A stretch of 64,000 nucleotides of DNA, from positions 1 to 64,000 of the IMG/VR virus record IMGVR_UViG_3300025133_000049. One strand, 5' to 3'. This stretch comes from a virus. Each line of letters begins with the position of its first letter. Positions within the stretch are counted from its first letter, which is position 1. Under the pieces are notes generated by a model. That model did not search any database. It had not been told where the DNA came from and saw nothing but the letters and a program-made list of their open reading frames with translations. Shown here piece after piece: positions 45,330 through 55,064 of the stretch. Made by a program: the position numbers and the translations under genes.

Positions 45330-46781
45330 ATGTTTCAAACAGATGTATCACCATTACAGTTGCACAAATTACGTGCACTTCCTGCGGGTATGACTGAATC
45401 AGATCACCTTTCCCAGGCCTACCTAACCGAGCCTGAAAAGATGGATTCTGTTTTAGCGTATGCCTTTGGGACACAAAACGAAACTGTTCTGTCAATGTTG
45501 ACAGGCGGTATCGGTAACACTAGATTCGTAAGCAACCGAGAATATACTTGGGATCTTCACGGACAAACTGAAAGAGCTATTGTTGTTTCAGGTGCTTTGG
45601 CTAACCCAGCAAGTGCTGGTTTGAATGGCCAACCTTTCCGTTTTAAAATGGAAGAAGGTATTTTCCAGATTTCAGATAACTTAGTTTCTGATGACGGTAC
45701 TCAATGTAGAGTTTCTAATATGGTTTCTAACGGTATTGACTATATCTACACTGCAGTTCTTACAGATCCAGATCCTAAAAAATTCATCGCAGCTAGTCAA
45801 TTAGCAGCCGGTGCACGTTTCTCTAAAGATTTCTCTACTGTTGAGGAGTTCTCTGACAAAGGTGGTGGAACTGATTTCGTTGCTCCTATGACTTTGAAAA
45901 ATCAATTAACTACTTTACGTAAGCATTATGCAGTATCAAGATCTGCAGCTACTGACGTTATGGTTATTGAGCTTTTCTCTGAAGACGGGCAATCTACAAA
46001 ACTTTGGACTAAATTGGCTGAGTGGACTGCACTTGCACAATGGTACAAAGAAATTGACAGATCATTTATCTATACAATCTATAATAAAGATTCTAAAGGT
46101 GAAGTGAGATTACAAGGTAAAAACAAGCGCCCTGTTTATCATGGTGCTGGTATCAGACAACAAATTTCTCCTGCTAATAAGTTATACTTAGCTGAATACA
46201 CTTATGATGTATTGGATGAATACTTGTTAGATTTATCATATAATGCAGACCGTTGGGGTGGAGATTACAATTTTGTAGCCCTTACAGGTAAGATGGGTAT
46301 CAGAGAGTTTAATAAGGCTGTCCTTAAGAAACAAAGTGATATGGGAATTACTGTTACAAATTCAGGTACTTTTATTACCGGTTCAGGTAGTAACTTGACT
46401 TTAACAGGACATTTCAAAAAAGTAGAATTCCTTAATGGTATTTCTCTTACAGTAAAAGAATTTTCTCCTTATGATGATAAGGTGAGAAATAGAACTTTAC
46501 ATCCAGTATCTAAGAAACCTCTTGAGTCATACAGAATGACTATTTTGAATTTCGGTACTGTTAAAGGTAAAGCTAATATTAGAAAGGTAGCGAAGAAAAA
46601 CTCTGAAAACGCCATGTGGTATGTTGCAGGTTCTACTACTCCTTTCGGTGAAGTTGCAAACTCATTGAACGTTTTACGTTCTAATGGTGTTGATGGATAT
46701 GAAGTACATATGCTTGCAGAAGTTGGTATTCAAATCCAAGATCCTACTTCTTGTGGTGAAATCATCATGAGATTAAACTAA
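45330..46781 (+). CDS. major capsid protein (crAss-like HK97 fold)
   Basis: Size and synteny; REYTW, NQLTTLRK, GAGIRQQI and TGKMG..EF motifs; strong codon bias. Confidence 0.9.
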   Translation: MFQTDVSPLQLHKLRALPAGMTESDHLSQAYLTEPEKMDSVLAYAFGTQNETVLSMLTGGIGNTRFVSNREYTWDLHGQTERAIVVSGALANPASAGLNGQPFRFKMEEGIFQISDNLVSDDGTQCRVSNMVSNGIDYIYTAVLTDPDPKKFIAASQLAAGARFSKDFSTVEEFSDKGGGTDFVAPMTLKNQLTTLRKHYAVSRSAATDVMVIELFSEDGQSTKLWTKLAEWTALAQWYKEIDRSFIYTIYNKDSKGEVRLQGKNKRPVYHGAGIRQQISPANKLYLAEYTYDVLDEYLLDLSYNADRWGGDYNFVALTGKMGIREFNKAVLKKQSDMGITVTNSGTFITGSGSNLTLTGHFKKVEFLNGISLTVKEFSPYDDKVRNRTLHPVSKKPLESYRMTILNFGTVKGKANIRKVAKKNSENAMWYVAGSTTPFGEVANSLNVLRSNGVDGYEVHMLAEVGIQIQDPTSCGEIIMRLN

Positions 46782-46892
46782 TGTCCAAGGGGACACGTTT
46801 CCCTTGTCTTTTGGTTGTTGTTGTGGAGGTCCTTAATTGGGCCTTCACTTAACCAAAGGAAAAATTTAATTACAACCAAAAAACAATTAAAA

Positions 46893-47780
46893 ATGGAACA
46901 AACATTTAACACACCTATTCAATCTCTAAAAGATGTTGATAGGACTAAACCAGTACAGTTCAAGCAGATTTTTTCTGATGCTTTGATCAAGATGAAAAAG
47001 TATAATGAGGCTTACACTATGATAGGCCCCGGATTATCTAAATCTGGACTCCCAGCTACAGGATTAACTGAAGATAGACAGTATAGGGATGCTAAAGGTA
47101 AAATACAAAACATAATAGGTACTCGTAAGGAGATGGAAAGAGAACTAGATATGACCGAAGGTTCATTAAAACCTAAGTCTGTTTTCTGGTTAACTTTCAA
47201 TGTTAGAGTAGACTCTGATACACGTACCTTAGATTTACAAGATCCACAGGACTTGTTAATATATTTATTCTTGTATGCTCAATCAATAGTGGCAAACAGC
47301 CTTAAAGAGATAGAGACTAACTCCAAAGCTGAATATGTATTGTTCTCAGAAGAACAAGAAGCAGCAATTAAAGTTAAAGCAAGACGTTCATTGAAAGAAG
47401 CTTATAAAGTATCTATGGAATTAGATCTAGAAACTAAAATTAATATTCTATCTATTAAAGGATATAATGCAGATGCTACATCACCTGCTTCTATCGATAA
47501 TAAGTTAGATGAGATTGCAGAAGAGGATCCAGCAGCATTCCTAGAATTAGTTGAGGATAGTAACTTAGTCTATAAATCTTTAATCACAAAGGTTCTGGAT
47601 AAAGGAATCCTAACCATTAAAGATGGAGCTATACATCACGGAGAGGTGATCATAGGTATTGATGTTGAAGAGGCAGCAAAGTCTGTAGCTAATAACAAAA
47701 AGCTTGAAAAAATATTGAAAGCTAAACTTTCAGGTGATTTGGATTTATTAAAAGAATCCTTAGAGTCTGATTATAAATAA
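46893..47780 (+). CDS. conserved crAss-like protein downstream of MCP
   Basis: Start at MEQTFN (46893); FW..F...LDL.DP.D motif; the track's upstream extension crosses hairpins. Confidence 0.75.
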   Translation: MEQTFNTPIQSLKDVDRTKPVQFKQIFSDALIKMKKYNEAYTMIGPGLSKSGLPATGLTEDRQYRDAKGKIQNIIGTRKEMERELDMTEGSLKPKSVFWLTFNVRVDSDTRTLDLQDPQDLLIYLFLYAQSIVANSLKEIETNSKAEYVLFSEEQEAAIKVKARRSLKEAYKVSMELDLETKINILSIKGYNADATSPASIDNKLDEIAEEDPAAFLELVEDSNLVYKSLITKVLDKGILTIKDGAIHHGEVIIGIDVEEAAKSVANNKKLEKILKAKLSGDLDLLKESLESDYK

Positions 47781-47785
47781 AAAGT

Positions 47786-48400
47786 ATGACAGGAGCTGAG
47801 TTTATTACATATATAAAAGCCAAGCTGAACAGGTTAGATACCTCAGCTTATGAGGATATTAGACCAGAGGAGGTTTTATTATTCGCGAACGAGGCACTTA
47901 AAACTTTAGTCCTTGAATTCGATAAGGGTAGATATTCCGCCCTTATCGATGAAAAGGTTATAGGAGGTTATCTAAATACTTTAATTGTAACAGAACCAGA
48001 AGCTGATATAACGAACAATGAATTTACTTATCCTTCAACTGTTCTCAAGTATAGAGATATAGATGCCTATGTTGTTGCAGGTGATGAAGAAGCTTGGAGA
48101 CCAGCTGACGACAAAAGCCGCACAAACAAAGCAGATAAGGAAGACAACCCAATGACAAAATCTTACCCTGATCGTCCTGATTATAGAATTGAGGATGGTA
48201 AGGTAAAGTTCGATGTAGATGATACCTTTAATGTAACTAAGTATGCAAGTACTTATCTTAAATTTCCAGATATAATACTATCTGAAAGTACATTAAGCTA
48301 TCCTTTTATGACGGAGTTAGAAAATAAAACAGTAACTTTGTTGCTAGAAAACTTAGACAGTAGGAGATTAGAAACCCAACCGACTGTATCTAAAATGTGA
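47786..48400 (+). CDS. head-tail connector / ring protein
   Basis: PEEVLLFANEA, YLKFP; synteny. Confidence 0.6.
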   Translation: MTGAEFITYIKAKLNRLDTSAYEDIRPEEVLLFANEALKTLVLEFDKGRYSALIDEKVIGGYLNTLIVTEPEADITNNEFTYPSTVLKYRDIDAYVVAGDEEAWRPADDKSRTNKADKEDNPMTKSYPDRPDYRIEDGKVKFDVDDTFNVTKYASTYLKFPDIILSESTLSYPFMTELENKTVTLLLENLDSRRLETQPTVSKM

Positions 48401-48426
48401 TTTATTAATAATTAAAATTTAAAAAC

Positions 48427-49359
48427 ATGAGAAATTATGTATCAAAAGTATTAGTTGGTAGCGGATTAGCTAACGCTAATACAACAGATGACGTCCAACC
48501 CGAAGATTTAACGGAAGGGCAAATTATCGTTCTAGATGCAGATACAGGCGATGGCCTTGTAGCTGGTTCAAAGAACATTCAGTTTGCATTAGGTACAGCT
48601 GTATTAGGAGAACCTGTTCTCTCTGCTGTTATTGCAAAATCTGGAATCGAATCTTATAACACTAACGCTTATCAAGCGGCTCAAAAGAAAAAGCAAACTT
48701 TGACAGTAAGTGCTGTTCCTACTGCTGGTGAGACTGTAGTGTTTAAAGCTATTTACCATGATAACCATAGTATTATTCCTAATCAAATTAAGCAAACTGC
48801 AGTATCTGTTACTTGTGCTTTATCTGGGGAAACTACTACTACATTTGCCGCAAAGATTGCTGCAGCCTTTAATCTTCAAGAATTTAAGTTTGTAGCCGTA
48901 ACAAGCGCAGCAGCTGTTGTAACTTTCGAAGGAATTGTCCTTACATCTGAAAGTTCTTATAATAGCATCGACAGACCTGAATCAGTTAATTTTGAAGTTA
49001 ATGCACCAACAGGTGAAAAGTCAGGTACATATGCTGTAGCAACTACAGTAGCGTTACGTCTTGGTCAAGGATCTCCTGCTAAGATTGCATGGATGGAAGA
49101 ACAAGCTCAAGGGCGAAGAGGTTTTTCTGACCGAAGAATGTGGAATGATACTAAGAAATTCCAATCAAGTGCAGATGCCGGATCTACTTATGATGTAGGT
49201 GTTATCAGTGCTCAGGACTTAGTTGCAGGTGAAATGCAAGGAGTAAGAAGTAATCCAATTGGAGTTATTATTGCTGCTAAAGTTGGAACTATTGCTGCTA
49301 TCAATACTAATTTAGCTACTGCTGGAATTAGCCCTGTGGTTATTCCTCCTTCTAGTTAA
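48427..49359 (+). CDS. abundant structural protein (auxiliary capsid protein-like)
   Basis: A/T/V/G-rich composition, followed by a terminator; synteny. Confidence 0.6.
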   Translation: MRNYVSKVLVGSGLANANTTDDVQPEDLTEGQIIVLDADTGDGLVAGSKNIQFALGTAVLGEPVLSAVIAKSGIESYNTNAYQAAQKKKQTLTVSAVPTAGETVVFKAIYHDNHSIIPNQIKQTAVSVTCALSGETTTTFAAKIAAAFNLQEFKFVAVTSAAAVVTFEGIVLTSESSYNSIDRPESVNFEVNAPTGEKSGTYAVATTVALRLGQGSPAKIAWMEEQAQGRRGFSDRRMWNDTKKFQSSADAGSTYDVGVISAQDLVAGEMQGVRSNPIGVIIAAKVGTIAAINTNLATAGISPVVIPPSS

Positions 49360-49385
49360 GAAGGACAATAATATAATAATTAAAG

Positions 49386-49422
49386 AAGCCTGGCTATATG
49401 TCAGGCTTTTTTTATACCTTTA
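49386..49422 (+). terminator. intrinsic terminator immediately followed by a TACCTTTA -7-like element
   Basis: AAGCCTGGC/GTCAGGCTT plus T-tract; TACCTTTA at 49415-22, ATG 5 nt later. Confidence 0.7.
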
Positions 49423-49427
49423 CAGTT

Positions 49428-50105
49428 ATGAAAGCAAAAGAATTTATTTATAACCTACGTACTAACTTTACGTCTGTAAAAAGCCAAATTACAGAGGCTA
49501 CAGACCAGCATGTGTTATTTATGTTAGATGAAGCTAGAGCAATTCTTGCTGCACAAAAAATGGATAATCGCATTAATGTAGAGTTGATGTCCCAACATAT
49601 TGATGTTAAACCGGTAATAGCCGACTCACGCATATACGGGGATGTGGGGGAAACTGAGGTGATGGTAGTGTCCATACCTCCTGTAATTAATTATAATAAT
49701 GGGGCCGGTATCTTTACCGTAGGAACTCAAGATGGAGTAGAGAGTTTCACCAGGATATCTTTCTCACAGATAAGAACAGCACTTAGTAGAAAATATACAT
49801 CACTATCACCAAAATGGTTTTACTTAGAGGGTAAAATATATATCATCAATATACCTATTGAGAGTTCTTCTAAGGTTAGGGTGAGGGGTATATTTGATAA
49901 TCCAGTTGAAATTATTAAATTAAAAGGGGAATATAAAGTATTGGATCCTTTTAATTGGGATTACCCTTTATCTGTAAAAGATGCTAAGACAGTATATCAA
50001 ATAGCAATGTCTGGTGATCTTGGATGGGGTGATAACGCTGTTGGTGCAGTTAATAAAGCAAAAGAAGAAGCTGATGAAAAAGCAGCTAGGAAACGTAAAA
50101 AATAA
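49428..50105 (+). CDS. tail ring protein
   Basis: VRGIFDNP...DYPL motif; start MKAKEF at 49428. Confidence 0.65.
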   Translation: MKAKEFIYNLRTNFTSVKSQITEATDQHVLFMLDEARAILAAQKMDNRINVELMSQHIDVKPVIADSRIYGDVGETEVMVVSIPPVINYNNGAGIFTVGTQDGVESFTRISFSQIRTALSRKYTSLSPKWFYLEGKIYIINIPIESSSKVRVRGIFDNPVEIIKLKGEYKVLDPFNWDYPLSVKDAKTVYQIAMSGDLGWGDNAVGAVNKAKEEADEKAARKRKK

Positions 50106-50584
50106 TGCCAAAGTATGACAGAAATCAGTATCTACTGAAGGATGTTTACAAGCACTATAAAAGCAGAGTAGATGATCCAGTAGATTATAAAACGCATAAA
50201 CTAATACTAGATACCTGGGGAGATGTAGTTGTAAGGTATTTAATGGAAGGCCGAGACGTACAACTCCAAGAAAGATTGGCCAAAATAGGCATTCGAAAGA
50301 ATGAGTGTAAAGCAGTAGTAGATTACCCGGAGTCTAAAAGACAGCAGAAGAGAGTTCTAAGGTCTAATAGTCATTCGGGCTTTTATGCAGCTAGACTATA
50401 CTGGAACTCACATGGGACTAGATTCAACTCAAAAGGTTGGGTATTCCAGGCTTCCAGGAACTTAAAAGCTGAACTGTTCAAAGTGATGTCAAAAATAGGT
50501 GGGCATAGAACCTTTTTAAAAGTGTCCGGAAAACATAACACTGGTGCTAAAAACGCTATTAGAACTAAACTATTAAAAATATGA
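50105..50584 (+). CDS. IHF-like basic protein of the crAss tail module
   Basis: EGRDVQL..LAKIGIRK, F.ASR motifs; synteny. Confidence 0.6.
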   Translation: MPKYDRNQYLLKDVYKHYKSRVDDPVDYKTHKLILDTWGDVVVRYLMEGRDVQLQERLAKIGIRKNECKAVVDYPESKRQQKRVLRSNSHSGFYAARLYWNSHGTRFNSKGWVFQASRNLKAELFKVMSKIGGHRTFLKVSGKHNTGAKNAIRTKLLKI

Positions 50585-51207
50585 ACTACGATAATATAGA
50601 AGTTGTACTTGACATGGTAATACGTACATTCAAATTACGAGAATGGCAATATGACATAGAGGATTGGGTAGAAGATGTAGCAGAGGCTTTACGATTTATT
50701 GGAGCATCATCTGTTTATGAGGAAGCTATTTTAGATGTTGAAGTAAATAACTTCGCAGCTAAGATTCCTATTGACTGTATTGCTATAAAATATGTAGATG
50801 AACCTAGTAAACCTTGGAAGAAATCAGGAAGTTTTATTCAAGTAGATGATGTAGACGGTACAATGGTTCAGATAGTTTACACTAAAATGCCGGTAGATGT
50901 TAGAGGATATCCACTAGTTCCGGATAATGAAGTTGTTAGAAAAGCTATAATGTGGTATATAGTGTGTAACTTAGTTCTACAGGGGGAAATAAAAACTATC
51001 AATTATCAATTAGCAGATAAAAAGTGGAACTGGTATTGTGGGTCCGCTAGAGCTGATTTAAATTCACCTTCCCTTAATAGTTGGGCCGGCACTGCTAGAG
51101 ATTTCAGAAGACTTAATCCAAGCAAGGATCAACATAGTTTGAATTATACAGGCGTAGGTAAACGCAACTCCATCAACAGAGATGGTAAAAGACAAGATAT
51201 AAGATGA
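50581..51207 (+). CDS. tail tubular / ring protein
   Basis: EALRFIG, Y..MPVD.RGYPLVPD and AIMWYI motifs. Confidence 0.75.
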   Translation: MNYDNIEVVLDMVIRTFKLREWQYDIEDWVEDVAEALRFIGASSVYEEAILDVEVNNFAAKIPIDCIAIKYVDEPSKPWKKSGSFIQVDDVDGTMVQIVYTKMPVDVRGYPLVPDNEVVRKAIMWYIVCNLVLQGEIKTINYQLADKKWNWYCGSARADLNSPSLNSWAGTARDFRRLNPSKDQHSLNYTGVGKRNSINRDGKRQDIR

Positions 51208-54200
51208 AATTAGATTTTTCAAAAGGTATATATACGCATGCTAGACCTATAAATACCCCACCTGGGTATTACTCTGATGCAGAAAATATTAGAACTAGTG
51301 GAGCAAGTAGACGATCTGAAGAGGGTACAAGCCTTACATCAGTTCCTTCGAACATAAAAATTTGGGGAACATGTGTTATTGGGGACGAAACCATTATACT
51401 TGGAGAAGCTTCTGGTAAAAGTGTGATAGGATCCCTAACCAGGGAAGGTACTTGGTCTGCGTTAGTTCACAGATTAGGCACTAATGTTTTACAAATTAAT
51501 GGACCTACCCAGGTAGAGGGGAGAAAGAACTGGGCAGGAGAAAGGGTAATCTATTTTGCTAACTCTACAGGTGCCCGTAGAATCAATCTTGATGTAGAGA
51601 TGCCTGCAGGAGATACGGACTTTGATAAGATAACCTCTCTATTTTTAGAGTATGATTTACCTAAAGTAACCTATGTAGGTGAAAGAACTACAGGACAACT
51701 AACCACAGGAGTTTATCAATTAGCCGCTAGATTGCTTACCGACTCAGGTGCAGCTACTTCTTTTGGTATAAATACTAATCCAATACCTGTAGTACAAAGT
51801 AGTTTACAATCAGCTAGACAAGACGTAGTAGGTAATCCTCCTCAAACACAAACCTCAAAATCAGTTGAAGTACAAATATCTAATATCGATACATCCTTTA
51901 AGTATGTTCAGTTAGGTATACTTACATATGTTGGGGATTCTAATACCCCTGTTTTTACAGTTACTAATAGAATAACAACCAATGGAGCATCCTCTCTTAA
52001 CTATACTTATAGAGGTGCCCCAGATGATTCAGAAAATATAACTACCGGAGATTTTGTAGCTTCAGGTATCCAATACTCTACAGGTGAGTTTGTAGCTCAA
52101 AAAGACGGAACCTTACTTTTAGGATCCCCGGCTGAACAAGAACTACCTGATATAGATTGGAATAGGGTAGCCCAAGGTATTACAGCTAAATATACTATAA
52201 AAGAAATACCATATGCTGAAAATATATCTTGTACTGCTGAGAATTTTGATGATATAGAAAATTATAGTTTAATAGAAACCTCATCCAGTTCTATGGATCA
52301 AGGTTATAAAAACCCCGTTACTTGTGAATTATACAAAGGTTATCGAAGGGATGAAGTATATAGTTTTACTTTTACTCCTGTATTTACTTCTGGCGTTCAT
52401 GGGCCTACCGTCCATATTCCTGCCCCTCACTCATCCAACACATCAGCTACCGGAGGAAACTTAGGAACATACATCTCAGAAGAGAAGTATCCGGATGATA
52501 GATACGCTGGATTACAAGGATTAGGTTTGAGACTACATAAGTTTCCAACAGCTGTAGAGGAACCTATAATATCCGGAAATGTTACTACTAGTAATTGTAA
52601 ACTAAGAGTTCTTGGGGTTAAATTTGAAGATATAGCACTACATGCATCCGAGACTCAATATGCTACTCAGATAGCTGGATTCATTATAGGTAGAGTAAAT
52701 AGAAAAGGAAATGAAACACAGTTAGCTCAAGGTATAGTTAGACCTCATACAAACGTTAAGTTTCTGAAGGATAACACGCATGCAAGATGTTCAATGCTTG
52801 GAGATGGTTATGTTACATGGCATACATCAATAAGGGACAGTACAGCTTATTATACCAATGAACCTTCAGGTACCCCTGATATGTCCGACTTTAATTTTAT
52901 TGGTCCAGACCTTATCCATAACTTATATGAACCTGGAGATGCAAGTCATATACATCAACACTCTATATACTCTGCAGATCCATATATAGCTAATGTTCAC
53001 AATACTATTTTAGTAGATGCTAAGTATGATCAGAACAACTTTGGTATGCCGAGAGTATTCTTCAAGAATGTTGAGGGTGCTAATACACAATACATTAACC
53101 AAACTAAAACAGAACTTGATGGATTGAAAGTTGAAGTAACTCCTTTTGGTGTTCCTTTAGCTGATTTTGAACAAGGAGGTCAGAGAGAAACAACTATCCT
53201 TAAAGGATCTAAATCTCTTAAGATGGCCAGCTCAGATGGATTCGTTTGGATGGGTACTGTTAATGATGTCAATATACAATACCACAGAGATCATCAGCAT
53301 TATTATAATTCATATTGCTATGCTGCTAGGGATGATAGTGGGGATACAAAAATATATATGAAACCTAGTTTACCTTTATCTTCTAAGGTTGATTTTGTGT
53401 TACATACTTTATCTAGACAAGACACCAAACAATATGGAGCGTTAGATCAAATGGTATCTATGTTTACACATTACCAGGAATGGCAAGGGTTCACTGGAGA
53501 TGTAGAATTTTATAATGGGGATACCTTTATTTCTAAATATGGATTAACTATTAATGATGAATCTAATCATTCTTGGCCACCTGATGGAGGTAATGTTTCT
53601 TTTGTAGAAAACGTATATCCTTCTTCTGCTAGTGGTGTTGTTAATATGTTTATAGAATCTAGTAATAACTATGATTATAGACATTATATTCAACCTACAT
53701 CTTTCAATGAAGATAACATTGATTCAGTTAGTGGATCAGTTCCATTTTTCCCAGCTTATAAACAATTAGCTAGTACGTCTAGTCCTCTAGGTATACTAAG
53801 TATGAAGGCTCCGGGGTGGACTAGACCAGGTTATGCAAGGCAATATAACAATCAATATTCAGCACAACCTACAATTAAACCCTATGCTATAACTCCACCG
53901 GAGGATGTTGAACGTAAACAATCATTAGTTAACAGAATAGCTTATTCAGTTGGATCTGTACAGGGAGAAAAGAATGATGGGTATCAGATCTTCTTACCTA
54001 ATAACTATTATGATTTACCATTACAATACGGAGAACTGACTGATCTATATGTTAATCAAGAGTTGTTTGCCTCTACTGCACAGGTACAATGGAGGTTATT
54101 CTATAATACATTAGCTACCCAAACAACCTCAGCAGGAGAGATAGTTCTTGGTACAGGTGGTGCATTTAATAGACCGGCGGAGCCTTTAGCTACAGTTGAT

Positions 54201-55064
54201 GGAGGATATGGTGGAACGTCTCACTGGACTCACGCTATTAATACAGTATTCGGTAGGGTTATTTTAGATAAAAGGCAAGGTAAGTTGTTTATGCTGCGGG
54301 AAGGTTTGGAACATATCTCTTCTGATTTAGATGATATGGCTCGAGTAGATATACAAAGTTTAGATGATTCTGTGATTAAAATAGGATCAGAACCTTTGAG
54401 AGAGCGAGCTTACATTAGATTAGGGGATGATATGTATACTTATAAGTTACCAGATAAAACCTTTATAAGTAGACATACATATAAACCTAGATGGTTTTTC
54501 ACCCACGGACCTCTAATGTATTCAAATGTTCAGTCTGCTTTAGAAGGTATAGTAGGAACTCACTTACATAGTAATGGACCTACAGGTATGTTCTATGGAA
54601 ACTTACACCCTTCTAGCATAACATTAGTGGCTAATCAGAAAAATGATATTTCTAAAATATTCAGTAATATAGAACTAATTACAAGAAAGACTACTGAGGC
54701 TGGAACCAACTTACCTTTTGATACATTTGATCAGTTGGAAGTTTGGAATGATGAAAGATATTCAGGTAAAATAAAGCTTACAACTAAAACATCAGCTTTC
54801 CAACAGGCTGGTATTCTGGAAGAACTATCAAATAAGGTATCTGATTCTTTTAGAATTGATATGCCTAGAGATATTGTTATTGATCCAAATATTAGTATCT
54901 TTGACGTTAGTAACCATAAACAAAGATACAGTGATGTAACACCAGCTCTATGGTTGCCTAAGATGAGAGGTAACTTTATAGAATTAAAATTAACAACAAA
55001 TAACACAGATGGCCCATTATACTTACATAGTGCTAAGTTAGGGGTCAAAGAAAATATAAGATAA
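51204..55064 (+). CDS. tail stabilisation / muzzle protein
   Basis: 1286 aa; DAENIR, GYRRDEVYSF, GDTFI and MRG motifs; synteny. Confidence 0.8.
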   Translation: MKLDFSKGIYTHARPINTPPGYYSDAENIRTSGASRRSEEGTSLTSVPSNIKIWGTCVIGDETIILGEASGKSVIGSLTREGTWSALVHRLGTNVLQINGPTQVEGRKNWAGERVIYFANSTGARRINLDVEMPAGDTDFDKITSLFLEYDLPKVTYVGERTTGQLTTGVYQLAARLLTDSGAATSFGINTNPIPVVQSSLQSARQDVVGNPPQTQTSKSVEVQISNIDTSFKYVQLGILTYVGDSNTPVFTVTNRITTNGASSLNYTYRGAPDDSENITTGDFVASGIQYSTGEFVAQKDGTLLLGSPAEQELPDIDWNRVAQGITAKYTIKEIPYAENISCTAENFDDIENYSLIETSSSSMDQGYKNPVTCELYKGYRRDEVYSFTFTPVFTSGVHGPTVHIPAPHSSNTSATGGNLGTYISEEKYPDDRYAGLQGLGLRLHKFPTAVEEPIISGNVTTSNCKLRVLGVKFEDIALHASETQYATQIAGFIIGRVNRKGNETQLAQGIVRPHTNVKFLKDNTHARCSMLGDGYVTWHTSIRDSTAYYTNEPSGTPDMSDFNFIGPDLIHNLYEPGDASHIHQHSIYSADPYIANVHNTILVDAKYDQNNFGMPRVFFKNVEGANTQYINQTKTELDGLKVEVTPFGVPLADFEQGGQRETTILKGSKSLKMASSDGFVWMGTVNDVNIQYHRDHQHYYNSYCYAARDDSGDTKIYMKPSLPLSSKVDFVLHTLSRQDTKQYGALDQMVSMFTHYQEWQGFTGDVEFYNGDTFISKYGLTINDESNHSWPPDGGNVSFVENVYPSSASGVVNMFIESSNNYDYRHYIQPTSFNEDNIDSVSGSVPFFPAYKQLASTSSPLGILSMKAPGWTRPGYARQYNNQYSAQPTIKPYAITPPEDVERKQSLVNRIAYSVGSVQGEKNDGYQIFLPNNYYDLPLQYGELTDLYVNQELFASTAQVQWRLFYNTLATQTTSAGEIVLGTGGAFNRPAEPLATVDGGYGGTSHWTHAINTVFGRVILDKRQGKLFMLREGLEHISSDLDDMARVDIQSLDDSVIKIGSEPLRERAYIRLGDDMYTYKLPDKTFISRHTYKPRWFFTHGPLMYSNVQSALEGIVGTHLHSNGPTGMFYGNLHPSSITLVANQKNDISKIFSNIELITRKTTEAGTNLPFDTFDQLEVWNDERYSGKIKLTTKTSAFQQAGILEELSNKVSDSFRIDMPRDIVIDPNISIFDVSNHKQRYSDVTPALWLPKMRGNFIELKLTTNNTDGPLYLHSAKLGVKENIR

